Shown here piece by piece: positions 1 to 12,770 of a DNA stretch of 64,000 bases (within the stretch, counting starts at the first letter, position 1; each line of letters starts with the position of its first letter). The stretch spans positions 16,492,001 to 16,556,000 of the forward strand of contig JAGIQG010000020.1 of the NCBI GenBank assembly GCA_024679065.1. Direction: 5' to 3'. The stretch is from Sphyrna mokarran (taxonomy: Eukaryota). The position numbers and the translations under genes are program-made. Under the pieces are notes generated by a model. It did not search any database, was not told where the DNA came from, and was given only the letters and a program-made list of their open reading frames with translations.

Positions 1-120
1 GTGCAGCAACCCCTAGAGAACTGTATTGGAGTGTCTGCCAACACTTTCTGCTCAAATCTCTGGAGTGGGATATGGACCCACAACCTTCTGATTTGAACAA
101 ATGTACTACACTGAGCCAAG
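1..120 (-). mobile_element. DeuSINE (SacSINE1-like) 5' fragment
   Basis: Similar to the 45600-45730 end of the fuller copy (gtgcagca...ctgctcaa...gggat.tg.accca...actgagcca). Confidence 0.55.
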
Positions 121-317
121 ATTGATATTTAAGATGTAATCCAAGGGATTGTGATGCAACCAAAAGATACTCACTGTTCCAGGCAGAAATATTCTGACCT
201 CCAGTCCCATCTTGTGCACTTGTAAATTTTTTTGAAGCATACTGCTTGCTGAATTTCTTGCTCAATGGAATGGAATTGGTGTATTTAAAAATTACAAACA
301 GGAATTACAAGCAAGAC

Positions 318-665
318 ATTTTTGTCCCCAAGAAATTCGGGCAAGGCGAGCATTTTCTGCTCATTCCCAATTGCCCTCAAAAAAACGGTAGTGATCTGCA
401 TTCTTGAACTCTTGTTGTTCATATAGTGAAGGTATTCCCATAGCGCTGATGGGCAAGGAATCCAGACTTGTGACCTAGCAATTATGAAAGAACTGCAATC
501 TATTTCCAAGTCCAGATGACATGCGACTTGAAGGGGAATGTTCCAGTATTCCCATGTACCTTCTGTCCTTGTTGTTCCAAGTTGTAGAGTTCAAAGGTTT
601 GGGAGTTATTGCCGAAGAAGCATTGGCAAGGTGCTGCAGTGCTGTTGCTACATTCTGAGCACCGT
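318..665 (-). mobile_element. CR1/L2-group LINE 3' end, decayed
   Basis: Reverse complement of the tail at 58330-58682 and 19740-20045 (cattcccaattgccct..., cttgaaggggaatgttccagtattcccatgtaccttctgtccttg). Confidence 0.65.
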
Positions 666-1851
666 GAAAATCATAGTCTGACATTACATGATGCCTTGAA
701 AACTTCCCAGTTGCCATCTCAGGCTAGGTCTGGAAGAGAGAATCCTTGGCATATTCATCAACTTCTAATTGCAGGTTCTTCCCTTTTTTTGCTATATTAA
801 CTGGAGTGCTGTTTTCTTAGCCCACCACTCTCTTCCAAGATTCCCTCGGCAGTACTGTTATTCTAATCAGCTCAAAGTGCACCTTCTCTAATGCACTCCC
901 AGTTGCCTTCCATCCTCTAAAAAACTAAAACACACTCAATTCATCACTTGTTTTCTCAGCAACCCCTTGCTTTTTGACCCTCACTGACTTTCCACACCTC
1001 AGTGAATGGATTTCAATATCCTTAAACTTACATGGAGATATCTTGTTGACTCATCTTTCACTTTACAATATTGGATACATCCTTTGTTTCTTTTAACACG
1101 AAAATTGCATCTTGTTTCCCAGTATGTGGCATTACCACTTGCTTCCCTTCCCCTCGATTATTGAAGCTCGGATAGGCAATTTCATTTAAATCATGGGTGC
1201 CTCCACTACAAAATAAATTTTATGGTTGTTTGACATTCATATCTATGTAAGCCCACTCTATCCGTTATGGCATTGGTTTGTATGGTTAGAAGGAAGTTAC
1301 GGGAAAAATCCGAGCCCCAACCGACAGCTTGCTCTTTTTACCACAATCCCCCAGCTTGGTCATGGATCTCAGACATGGAGAATTCTGTATTGGAAGCACA
1401 GGGGTACCAAACCATAAGGCAGAACTGTTTCGACACACAGCACAAACCTGTATTAGGACTTTGCTGATACACAGTATTCATGCTCACCTACACCCCCTGA
1501 GTACAAGAACTGCCTCAGCAATTAGAAATATCTTAAGCAACAAATCACAAAATCCTTAGTAAAAAAGCCAACATCTCATGGCATTGTCAGAAACAATTCT
1601 CATAATGAACAAAAAAGGTTACTGCAGCAATTTGGAGGAAGCCTTAATTACTACAGTTCGAAGAAAGGGGTCTCAGGCACCACTTCACATGAGAAGTTAT
1701 TTAAAAATAATTTTTATTTTGTGTTAAGGATTTTATTGCCAAAATTTTAATTATGTCAGGTAAAAAGCAATTGCATTCAATTTATTTAGTTGGCAAAAAT
1801 GGAGGTGTTCTCTACCCACATCCCTTTGTAACAGTGAAAATACTCTTTTTT

Positions 1852-2012
1852 TTAATAATAACTTACATTTGTATGGCACCTTTGCATATAACAAAACGCC
1901 CCAAGGTGCTCTGTAGGAATAGTTTAAAACAAAAAAAGATACCATTCTACAAAAGGAGGTATTAAGCGAGATGACCAAAGGTTTGGTCAAAGAAGTAAAC
2001 TTTAAGAAGTGA
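1852..2012 (-). mobile_element. L2-like LINE 3' tail fragment
   Basis: aacttacatttgtatggcacctttgcat...ccccaaggtgctct, the typical reverse-complement L2 terminus. Confidence 0.5.
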
Positions 2013-2096
2013 ATATTTATTTTGAATTCAGAAAGTCAGCCAATACAAGATATTGGCATCATGACTCAGAGCCCACTGATGTTGAGTTTCAGATGT

Positions 2097-2365
2097 GGAG
2101 GTGGTGGTATAGTCGTATTGTCATTGGACGAGTAATCCAGAGGCCCACAGTAATACATTGGGATTGAATCCCACAGCAGATCGTGAAATTTGAATTCAAT
2201 ACAAATCTAGAATTAAAAGTCTACTGATGACTATGAAATCATTGCTGACTGTCATAAAAAACCACTGTCATAAAATTGACATGGTTCAATAATGTTCTTG
2301 AGGGTAGGAAATTTGCATTTTCTTATCTGGTCTGACCTACGTGTGATTCCAGACTCACATGCCCA
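2097..2365 (+). mobile_element. tRNA-derived SINE (family also at 3738, 28720, 53165)
   Basis: ggtggtatagtcgt A-box-like head, ggattgaatccc B-box-like motif, body gtgaaatttgaattcaat shared with other copies. Confidence 0.7.
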
Positions 2366-3737
2366 CAATCCCTGATCATCCTAGCTAATAGTTTCCTACT
2401 TTCCTCATTGTCACTACCAATAGTATCAAGAGCTCAGCTTCACGAAACATCCAATTGCTGCATTTTGCTACTTCTCTTCGTAATATCAAAAGCTTCATAA
2501 TTTATGTTTATTCTGGTATTTTAACAGGCAAATCATAATTCCTACAAACTCCAAATCGACAATTCATTCTGCCTTTAGCATTTCAATTTCAGCTATGAAT
2601 CCCAGTCCCTTTCTTTCAAGAATGTAGCTGATTCCACGTAAACGGGAATCTATCCAAGCAATCTTCCCTATATGGTGCATTATTTTCTGGAGCCTTCTCA
2701 ACTCTCCTCTTCAGCTTTGCTGTTTGTTCTAATCATCTGAGTGCTGCACAGCCTCCATCTATTGACTTCCTTCCTGATGTCAAAGCTTCGAAGTCAAAGA
2801 GTTGTCAGGTTCCAAAGATCAGTCTTTTGCATCAATCAAAAATTACAACTGTCTTTACAAGTGAAACAAACTCCTAAAAATTCGGTTTCAACATGTTTAT
2901 GTCAGAGTAAATCGTAAATTTCCCTTATTGTTACTGCTTTCACTTCAAAGGCTGTCACACCAGAGTGATGGACATTGTTATATGTGATTACGGAAGTCAT
3001 AGAACAAAAAGAGCTCCTCACTCAAACCTCATAATATTAATTTCCACAGCAAAATGTTTAACAAACCAACAACACATGCAGTATTTAGCAATATTATCTC
3101 TCAGTCAGACATACAAGATGTTATTTAAAATTGTTATGCTTATGCTGGTACTCCCACTTGAAGCGGTTTAATGAACTGGATCCAAAAATGTAATGTAATT
3201 CTGCAACGTGAGTGAAGCTGATGCAAGCAGTTTAATGCTAACTGCACCAATAATTCCTCTGACTAACGACCACAACAGTGAAAACGGCACAACCGCATTA
3301 ATGTTAACAGAGTAAATCATTTCTTTGATTTATTTCCATTATGGTAGAGGCAGACATGCTTTAAATTTTGAACACGAGGAAAATTCACTATCTCGAACTG
3401 AACAGAACAATGTAAGATCCGTTTACATCGAGTGTACAAGAATTGGACAAAGCACTTAGATTTCTTTATCTCAAAAACTCTAAAGTGGGTTCTTACCTCC
3501 AGGATATATGTGAAAATGGACATCAGTGTCACATAGATACATTTCTGCATAAGACTGCAATCATACAGAGTGACCAGATTTTCAGAAGTTATTATTCTGC
3601 TTCATGACAATTGACCCTGAAAAACTCAGACTGTAGGATATCTTGTATCTAGACCGAAAATAATCACTGGAGTACATTGGGTGATGATTCACCATGAAAA
3701 GCTCCATCTGGAATGTTTTTTGAAATGTAAACAACCG

Positions 3738-4090
3738 CTTTTTAAAATTCTTTCATGGGACATGAGCATCACAGGCAAAGCCAGCCTTTGTTGCCCATCA
3801 GAATTGTCCTTGAACATGTAGACACTTGTTTGGCCATTTCAGAGAGCATTTTGCACATTGCTTGTAGGACGTACCAGTTAAGATAGGCACATTTCATTCC
3901 CTAAAGGGCAAAGTCAACCAGGTGGGTTTTACAAAAATTGACACAAGCTTTCAATTTCAAATTTTACTAATTGAATTCAGATTCCACCAGTTGCTGTGGT
4001 GGGATTTGAAGCCCTGTGGATGAACCCAAAGCATTAACTTGGACTTCTCGATTGCTGGTCCAATGATATTCTCACCAGCCTAGTGCCTTC
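3738..4090 (-). mobile_element. tRNA-derived SINE, same family as 28720-29083
   Basis: Reverse complement of the head and of the LINE-type tail (ttctttcatgggacatgagcatc..ggcaaagccagc). Confidence 0.7.
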
Positions 4091-5060
4091 CTTAATGGAA
4101 TATAATGTTCTCTATAGTCAAATAATTTAGAGGTTATTTCTCCAGTTTGGGGAATAATTTGGTTGATTTCCCCAGTCAACTATGTAATCACAGTGACAAC
4201 AGTTACAGAACCAGTAGGATTATTAGCAGTTGCACTGACATGGACAACTATACATTTTAAAAGACTTTCTTCTCATCTTAGAAGATAACAAAAAGAAAGA
4301 CTAATTAGATTCCAATTGTCCTTCAGCATTTTAAACTTTGTTCCAAGGCGCAGTGGGGAAGAGTTGGGACCCCGCAGCGACATGACAGCATTATTACCAG
4401 CCAATACAAAATCACAGGAACATTTAAAAGCTTAACTAATCTTCATTGACATTTACACATTAGGGATGCTAACAGTAAAACGTATGTTTTCACCAGAAGC
4501 TGGAAACTAGTGAATGTACTTCAAGTGGCAGAGAATTATACTCAGAGTCTCAACCAGGAAAACAAGTAAGAACACGCAAAGTTTGATTGCATTTCACGGC
4601 TCAACTAAACTTGCTGCCCCTTCATCTGTGCTGACTGGTGCTACATCTACACATGCAACTTCCAGTGTCGATCTTCTGTTGTCACTCCACCTTCCCTCAT
4701 GGCTCTGGGTGCCAGGCGGTGAGTAGAACTTCTTGATATATGGGAGCATCTTGTACGGTCTCACAGGTTGGCCAGTGGGTGACATCCTGATTAGCAAAGT
4801 GCAATGCAGTGACAGGGTCTTTTTTTTTGCCAACACTAAATGGAACACGAAGGGTGGGGACTCAGGAGATAGAAAGTGTAGAAAGATTCTGATGGTGAGC
4901 AGGCCAGGGAATATAAAAACACAAATATTTGAGCAACTTGGAGAAAACTTGCAGGAAACTGGGACCTTTAATGCAAAACCAGGACTGTCCCAGCAAAAAT
5001 CAGGACATCCGAAGGTGAAGGCGAAAGTGGAAACTAATGGAAGAAACTGTTGCTGGCACC

Positions 5061-5262
5061 TTGATTTGATTTATTATTGCCACATGTATTAGCATACAAT
5101 GAAAAAAGTATTATTTCTTGCATGTACAGGCAAAGCATACTGTTGATAAAGAAGGAAAGAAGTGCAGAATGTAGCGCGATAGTCATAGTAGAGAAAAATC
5201 AATTTAGAGTGAGATAGGTCCATTCAAAAGTCTGAAAGCAGCAAGGAAGAAGCTGTCCTTTA
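5061..5262 (-). mobile_element. Rex1/Babar-like LINE 3' end
   Basis: ttgatttgatttattattgccacatgtattag...ccattcaaaagtctgaaagcagcaaggaagaagctg; four copies in the window with a (TCAAA)n-type tail. Confidence 0.55.
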
Positions 5263-5961
5263 GCCATCATGAGACATGGGAGCATAACAAAAACAGAATT
5301 TTCAACAATACTTTGTCGCTGAGCTGATGTACCAGGATTCAACTAATGTCCTGATTTATACCAGAAGTTATACTGCCAACTGTGAAGTAGAAATAGATTA
5401 CAGCTGCTGGAGTTTCATTCTTCCTATTTTAATATGCTGTGGAGTGAGGTCTCCTTGAAAGTGGCAGTACATGCATATATACTCCGTTTTAAAAGATTTG
5501 ACCAACACTTAGATCAAGTTTGCAAAAGCGATGAGATGTAGCCTCACAAATTAAGCTCAGATATACCTAGTACTTGTCAATTCATATTGGAAGAGATAAA
5601 GAATGAGCCATGAACAGCACTATATAAGGGAAATGTCTTTATTTCTTTAAGCTTTGATATCTAAACTAATTTTGAAGGGAACCTAAGAATTAATGAGAGA
5701 AAGTTACTTACTAAGTTTGTAAAAATCCAAGTGTGTTTCTGCTAACTAAGTTAGTGGTGTTTACAAGTTCAATAATGCTCATTTTTGAAAGGACCCTGAT
5801 GTTTCCCATTTACATGGTTTTATCAAATCTGACAAAACAATTGCATTAAAATGCTGAAGTAAAATTAGTTTCCCTGGGGGGTATAAAGATGAAAAGGACA
5901 TTAAACTAATGCAAACAATCAACACAATAATCCAGGTTTTATGTAAATATTTCCCACATAC

Positions 5962-6089
5962 CTCCTGTCCTTGTTTCCAGTAACAGCTAGATAAGGAGGA
6001 CTGTCTTTCAGGTTCACACAAGTGAAGTCTCCTGCAGAGTTCCCCAGTGTTGCCAAAAGTTGAGCTGTTTGTAGGCTGTAAACCTGGAT
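5962..6089 (-). CDS. FBXW8: FBXW8 internal coding exon, 128 nt
   Basis: Acceptor ttttctag|ATC, donor GAG|gtatgt. Translates IQVYSLQTAQLLATLGNSAGDFTCVNLKDSPPYLAVTGNKDR(R), matching remembered FBXW8 ILVYSLEAG..L.LGN...DFTCVNLSDSPPNLMVSGNMDGR; phase 0 start fits the previous exon. Confidence 0.95.
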
Positions 6090-6119
6090 CTAGAAAATAA
6101 TATGTAATGATAAAGTATT

Positions 6120-6310
6120 CATGATGTAGAGATGCTGGTGTTGAACTGGGGTAAACACAGTAAGAAGTATGACAACACCAGGTTTAAGTCCAACTGATTT
6201 ATTTGATAGTTCTCCATTCACCTGACGAAGGGGCAAACTCTGAAAGCTTGTGAGTTTACTATCAAATAAATCAGTTGGACTTAAACCTGGTGTTGTCAGA
6301 CTTCTTACTA
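6120..6310 (+). mobile_element. Penelope-type pseudo-LTR fragment, inverted (fold-back) configuration
   Basis: 52-bp arms 6159-6210 and 6258-6309 with 1 mismatch; related copies at 15684-15766 and 50543-50672. Confidence 0.7.
6218..6253 (+). ncRNA. Minimal type I hammerhead ribozyme motif
   Basis: TCAC-CTGACGA-A-GGGG(CAAA)CTCT-GAAA-GC-TT-GTGA: stem I TCAC/GTGA, CUGANGA and GAAA core, palindromic AAGCUU stem III. Confidence 0.65.
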
Positions 6311-7745
6311 TGATAAAGTAGACCAGACTGAAATGACTAACCAGAGCAATACAACAAATCTTATTTTGTTGCAAATATTAGTATTTATTTCAATAATCAG
6401 CAAAGTGAGCAGTTAATACCTATTTTCGTGTTCCATTTTCCTGCCAGAATGGTGAAAAAAAATAGCTTCAGGACCAACTCAGATCTTTCCCTGTGAATGA
6501 CTGTAACATACTAACATATTAAATGCAACTACTATGGGTGACTGAAAATTTTGGAAATTTTTCAAAAGAAGAAAAACAATGCCACAAAGGATTGACCTGA
6601 TATCAACCTTTAACAGATGGATCATAACGTAAATAATTAAACCTGGTTAAAATCAACAAAAAAAAACTTAAAAAAAAAGTTTGTATTTGCGAGGTCTCTG
6701 AATTTATATTTAGCAACTATTTTTCCCTGCCATTTGTGTCATTTTACATGGGTCACTGGATTAGCCCTATGAATCCATTACTGACTCAGTTAATTGATTA
6801 TTTTCTTTGTTACCTAATGTATTGAATATTGCTGTACTTGGTCAACTCGTCAAAATTTTAAAAAGGTCATCAAAAAGAGTTAAGTAATGTTCCCAGGAGC
6901 ACAGCGTGGCTTTTGAAACAGTAATGGACTGACTGCAAGAAACCACTAAGTGAGTAATTCAATTTTCAATATTCCAGATTGGAACGAGTAACACTACCAG
7001 GATCTGATGGCAGAATGCAGAGAAGAATTATGCATAATTATTGTGATATTTTACAAAAAAAAGGTCAAAATGCTTCTGATTAATGTACTTAAAAATCGAT
7101 AGATTTTCCGAGACAAACCATTTGTTTCAGATGTAATCAAAGCATCGGTTTATAGTCTCAGATCTGGGCTACTTTTTGGTATGCAGGTCTCATTTCTGAA
7201 TATATTGTTCAGGCATTAAATAGTCTGGGAGTTTGCTTAATTCAAGGTTTCATTCTTCTTTGGTCCACAAATTCCCTAACTTTTGTGCAGGAGAACTATA
7301 AGTGTCACAGAATTGGCTTTAAGATTTTTCAAATTATTCTATTATCATTATTCAACAATTTTCATTTTCATATGCAAATATTTAGATAATAAATCACCTG
7401 AATAAAGCTGCAAGAAATGCTTAAACAGTTAAGGGCAGAAACTTGCACTTGAGTGTTCTGGGATAAAAGCATTATGTAATCTCCACTAACATTACACAGA
7501 TAGTAATAATCAACAAACCTCGGCGCCTCGCAAATTGTAAATTTGGGGCTGCAAATTGTGGATCTGAAATTTACAAACACTTTGATCAGGACAAGCTTAC
7601 AGATTGCCATGCTAAAATTCAGTTGTGATTTTTATTTCATTTTTTCTAAGTCCTGAAATTGCAATGTGAAATACTGTTGTATAAATCAGTGCATTGATTA
7701 ATGATTCCCGTTTCCACTGCTTATTCTTAGCTGATTTAAGGAAAA

Positions 7746-7885
7746 TGGGTTAGGTTGATTGGACATGCTGAATCGCCCCCTTGTGTAAGGGGTATTAGCA
7801 GGGTAAATGCCTGGGTGGGATTGTTTGTCAGCACAGGCTTGATGAGCCAAAAGGCCTCTTTCTGCACTGTAGGGATTCTATGATT
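7746..7885 (+). mobile_element. HE1-like SINE 3' half
   Basis: gggttaggttgattggacatgctgaatcgccccc...ggcctctttctgcactgtagggattctatgat tail. Confidence 0.75.
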
Positions 7886-8797
7886 TTTGCTAATAGAGAG
7901 GATTTTCAGATAAAAGAATAAAGTTTTCTAATGTCAGTATTCCATGCATAATTTCAGAAATTTAATACTTAAACATGGATTTCCAAATATGTAGCAAATC
8001 TGCCTAATATGGAGCCTTAAAATCATAAACTTTCACTTACATAGTGCTTACAGGGAAGGTTAGTGGAGATGTGAGGAAGAGACAGGTACTTAGCAGTTTT
8101 TAAAAAATGTGCAGCAAAGGAGATGTATATGGGAACAGTACTGATATTTGATCTAATCAACATTCTTAATCTGTGATTGTTTGACAGCTAAAAGTTCTGC
8201 CAGCAATGATTTAATGAAAGAAAGCAGTGCACAAAGTAGTCCAAAAGTACACAGGCATGTTGGCAGAGACACAGGACTGGTAGAAACAATAGAAATAGTG
8301 TTATATTATAGGGATATTATAAATAGGGTAATAATTTACAAACAAGGGCCAGAATTTTGACGTTACGGATCACAATTGTTGTCAGTGTTTTCACCTGAAA
8401 TGCATTACAGGATTTCATGAATTTAGTTTTGAATGAAAATAAACATAATTAAATGTCCCAGTTTTCACCTACTTGCTGCATTTATTCCAAAAGTTGTGCA
8501 GTTGCTATTTTTATAATGGAGATGATGGTCTGGACTTCTATATTATAAGTAATTTGATTTTTTAAAATTCCCAATTACTTTTAATAGAAGAATGGATAGA
8601 ATTAACTTGTATATTACTGATTCATTTCTATACTTTGTATGTTTTGCTTGTTGCTTGACCCAGCCCCCACCTCCATTCTGCCAAATTGTTTGAATAACAG
8701 CTATTGATAATGATTCTGCTATTGCCATTTACATTTTCTCTCCATCTATCTCCTTTACTTGTCCCATTATAATCTCTTCTTGCTTGCTGTCATCTCT

Positions 8798-9105
8798 TAG
8801 ATTCATAGAATCCTTACAGTACAGGAGGAGGCCATTTGGCTCATCGAGCCTGCACCGACAACAATCCCATCCAAGGCCTAACCCCATAGCCCCATGTAGT
8901 TATCCCAATAATCCCCCTGTTGCTAAGGGGCAATTTAGCATGGTCAATCTTGCAGACTGTGCGAAAGAGACTGGAGCACCCGGAAGAAACCCACACAGAC
9001 GCGGGGAGAATGTACAAATTCCCCACAGACAGTGACCCAAGTTAGAATTGAACCCAAGTCCTCGGCACTGTGAGGCAGCAGTCTAACCACTGTACCACCA
9101 TGCCG
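8798..9105 (-). mobile_element. HE1 (V-SINE) copy
   Basis: tRNA-like head (rc of ctaaccactgtaccaccatgccgc), V-domain (ggagcacccggaagaaacccacacagac), HER1-type tail (catagaatccttacagtacagg). Confidence 0.85.
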
Positions 9106-9222
9106 CTCTTCTTTCATCTTTTCATATTTCTTGCCTTCCCCTGCCCACTTTCCTTGCATCTGTTTCGGATCTGTTAAATCTCTAACTTTTTCAGTTCTGA
9201 TGAAAGAACACCAACCTGAAAT
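9106..9222 (+). mobile_element. Penelope-type pLTR fragment with degenerate HHR core
   Basis: Pyrimidine-rich leader then cagtt-CTGATGA(9197-9203)...GAAA(9218-9221); same layout as 63478-63720. Confidence 0.55.
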
Positions 9223-9547
9223 GCTTGTAGATCTTTAAAAGTGGCAGCTTGGTCAGCTTATCTGCTAGATTCAATTTTTGGGGAAAGGGCAGGTGTGATT
9301 TACGCAGGAAGGAAACTTGAGCTCAGCAGGGCTATTCAAACTGAGTTCAAACAGACCACTTCTTTATTTTGCTAGGATTTTAACCTACAAAGTGATGAAT
9401 TTAATATTAGCACTCTTGAAGGGTGGGATAAGGTCTGTAACACTGTCATGGTTTGAAGTTTTTCAAATGCTCCGTATTGAACTGAGTATTAAAAACCACC
9501 CTCTGCTGGATTGTTTTCACTGACAGGCTTAGAAAAAGAAACATAAT

Positions 9548-10364
9548 GGGTGTGATTTTACCACTTTGCTGTGGTCAGCGTGGCAAGCCAGGAAACTAAT
9601 GTGCTTCACTAAAAATACGATTTATACCTGATGCCAAACAGTTTGCTTTGTCCTGACCCTTTTCCAAGGATGCAAAGCTTATTTGCATGAGAATGATTGG
9701 ATTTCAATATCATTCTGACTTCGGCATACATCCTCCCCCCATCCCAGATGCTTTCCAACTCTGAGATGTTACAATGGCACAAATCAATACTGGCCCCTGC
9801 TGGCCATGCCAGGGGAATCTGAACCCATTGAAGACCCTGAGTAATCAGAGTGTGGTCAGACAGTGCCTGTACCAGTGCGGTGTCAAAGTGGTGGGGCTGG
9901 TGGGAGTGACCAGGGGTTATGATTGGGACATGATGGCGGAGGGGAGTTGGTTATGGAATAATATTGATTTGTGCAGGGGTGGGTCATGAAGAGTGGCATG
10001 TTGGGGGTCATATTGTGGCTATATGGTTCCCAATACTCTCAACGCTTGTCAGTGAGGAGGGGGCGGGGGGGGAAGATACCATTGATCGGGGTGGGGGGGG
10101 CGGGGGCTGTTCAATGTGCATGGTGTGGGGAGCGAGGTGGTCTCCCAGTGCACTGAAAGATCAGTGAACCCTTATGAAACGGCACCCAAGTTCTCTGCAG
10201 CCAGCTCACCAGTGTGTTTAGGTGATGCCCACCCTCAGTACTGCCACAGAATTCTCCAAAAAAAGTGACTAAGCGTGAGACAATTGTGATCCAGAGAGAC
10301 CAGCGGAGGTCACCCCATTTTTCATGCCATTGATACCTAGAAATTTCTTTGGGAAAATTCTGCC
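9548..10364. mobile_element. GC-rich non-autonomous DNA-transposon-like repeat (possibly Harbinger-type MITE)
   Basis: Starts gggtgtgattttacc, ends gggaaaattctgccc (imperfect GGG-terminated inverted ends); G-rich interior. Similar ends at 8345, 11200, 48061, 58937. Confidence 0.4.
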
Positions 10365-10579
10365 CATAGTCATGCAGTTTCAATAGAGTTTCTTGTTGAC
10401 ATTTTCCGTCAAAACTGAGTTTCAAAAGCAACTATTATCTCAGCAGGGACTTCTAAGTTCACAGTTTGATTGGCATCTTAGAGGTTACTCAAAGATGAGC
10501 CATCTTTGACATGGATCTGAATGCTATAAGAAATTTAAAAGTCTTGAATGGATTTTATTAATGACAGATTTTTCACAAT

Positions 10580-10800
10580 CAAGTACTCTTTACTCAAAGA
10601 GTGATTAGGGAGTGGAATGCCCTGCCTGCAGCTGTTGTAGATGCGCCAAGTTTGGTGGCGTTTAAGAAGTTAATTGATAAGTATATGGAAGAGAAGGGAA
10701 TGGTTTAGTTTGGAGGGGCATTGCTTTTTATTTTGGTCAGCACAACATCGAAGGCCGAAGGGCCTGTTCTGTGCTGTAATGTTCTATGTTCTATGTTCTA
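10580..10800 (+). mobile_element. CR1 (HER1-like) LINE 3' end
   Basis: FTQRVIREWNALPAAVV C-terminal motif, ggccgaagggcctgttctgtgctgta tail and (gttctat)n repeat. Confidence 0.85.
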
Positions 10801-12066
10801 AGTGTTTAGGAGACAGAGCTGAAATATATTGTTAGAAGAATTTTTTCATCCTGACATAGCTCTTGAGGTCTACCTATGATAGATACTAGGTGAGCGGCAA
10901 TGGAGATGGAATGAAAAGCATGGGGGGCCATGAAGGGTTGTGAGGGAGTTGAGAGAACTAAAGGGCGAAACAACTTCTAAAACAACTGGAACAAAGTTCC
11001 TGAGAATTGACGAGGATCTTCTAACCAGCCCACCTTGGCACTTGTGGCTACCTATGCATTGCCTCTGTGGTTGATAGGACTGACTCCATTCCACGTCTAT
11101 CCAACACGGAACAAAAGCAATGCCTTTCAGAGTACTTTTAAATCAAGGTGAGTCCAAGTAAGTCTGAAAATTTCCCTACTGGAGGTACCCATGTTAGTAG
11201 CCAAATCTGGCCCACTAACACTTTCTCTCTCAAAATTTCGAGCATTTTCTGTTTTTTTTTAATTTAATGCATTGACAAATGGTGTCCAGGGAATGCAGCA
11301 AAACCTCTGGCCATATACGGTTAAGATTTGAGTAGTGGAATTCTGAAAAGGTTACTTACATTACATTGAAAAAGTCACATTTTGAAATGGTACCGATGTG
11401 GATGAAGTGTGGTTGAAGACAGGAACATCTCACAAATGGAAATATAGTTTTAGTGAAGTAGATATATCATTTTGCTGTGTTGATCATATTATATTACAGG
11501 ACCATTCATTTACCAGTACATACACGAATCCCACATTTCAATAAAGGAAATGTTAGAATGTGTGGATGGACTGCGATTTCTCCATTTTTTTAATATTGAA
11601 GATAATTGTTTTACACAGGTGACAGAGTAGCTCTGGAGTCAGATCTTAAATTGAGAATTCTTGAAAACTGAACCACGCTTTGATAAGAAAATTCGATAAA
11701 TTACTTTCTTTCGTTACACAGATGTAAATCTGATCCAATATAACCAGATATATGAGTGTCAGGAGACCATTTGTTCGTGGGGTGAGGAGACATTACCACT
11801 GATGTTGATCCTGTTAGCCTAACAAACCCAGCCATTTGTATTCCAGCATGTCACTGGGTGAAGGTGAAGAACAGGAACCGGACTAATTTTCCCCAATCTA
11901 GCTCAATGGTGCTGAGACCAAGTATAGATTTTCTTAACCCAAAGTTAGACTGGAGACTTCTATGACATTTATTAATTGAGCCATTTAGTTATAGTTAATT
12001 TGCATATATTCTGCTTTGCAACAAACTACATTTATATATTCTGTTTCACAAGAAACTACATTAGTT

Positions 12067-12078
12067 ATATATAAAATT

Positions 12079-12123
<45 letters not shown>

Positions 12124-12161
12124 TAAATATATATATATATAAATATAAAAATATATATATA
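12067..12161. repeat. Imperfect (AT)n microsatellite
   Basis: About 95 nt of A/T only, mostly TA dinucleotides. Confidence 0.95.
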
Positions 12162-12162
12162 T

Positions 12163-12621
12163 TCACTTGGAACACTGCGTCCAGTTCTGGTCGCCGTACT
12201 ATCGGAAGGATGTGGAGTCCTTGGAGAGAGTGCAGAGGAGGTTTACCAGGATGCTGCTTGGTATGGAAGGACTGTCTTATGAGGAACGATTAAATAGACT
12301 GGGGTGTTTTCCCTTGAAAGACGTCGGCTTAGAGGGGATCTCATAGAGGTGTATAAGATTATAAGGGGTATAGATAGAGTAAATGGAGGTAAACTTTTTC
12401 CACCTTCAGAAATGGATAGGACGAGGGGTCATGGCCTTAGGGTGAGAGGGGCTATGTATAAGACGAATATTAGAGGGCAGTTTTTCACACAAAGGGTAGT
12501 GGGGGTGTGGAATGCACTGCCGAGTAAGGTGGTGGGAGCAGGCACGCTAGGGCTGTTTAAGGGTCTCTTGAACAGCCACATGAGCGGTATGCAGATAGAG
12601 GGATACAGTAGGACTGTTTAA
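12163..12621 (+). mobile_element. Young 5'-truncated CR1 LINE ORF2 C-terminus
   Basis: HLEHCVQFWSPYYRKDVESLERVQRRFTRM...LG / FSLERRRLRGDLIEVYKII...RTRGH...FFTQRVVGVWNALP; one frameshift near 12303, CpGs retained. Confidence 0.93.
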
Positions 12622-12770
12622 CTATGGCTTTTTTTCCACAGGTAATTCGGTCCAACTTGACCAACAAGGAGCATGCATTCGGCAGGTGGTGCGAGGACAG
12701 CTCTTGGATGTTGATTCATGGGTTGCCTGGTGCTTCATGTCGTAAATGAGTGCTTTATCTGGACCATATG

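Noticed and set aside
4594-4848. 84-aa minus-strand ORF as the next FBXW8 exon
   Set aside because: Lacks the expected SAHQLxVSAVQMDDWKIVSGG motif; the next exon is probably outside the window.
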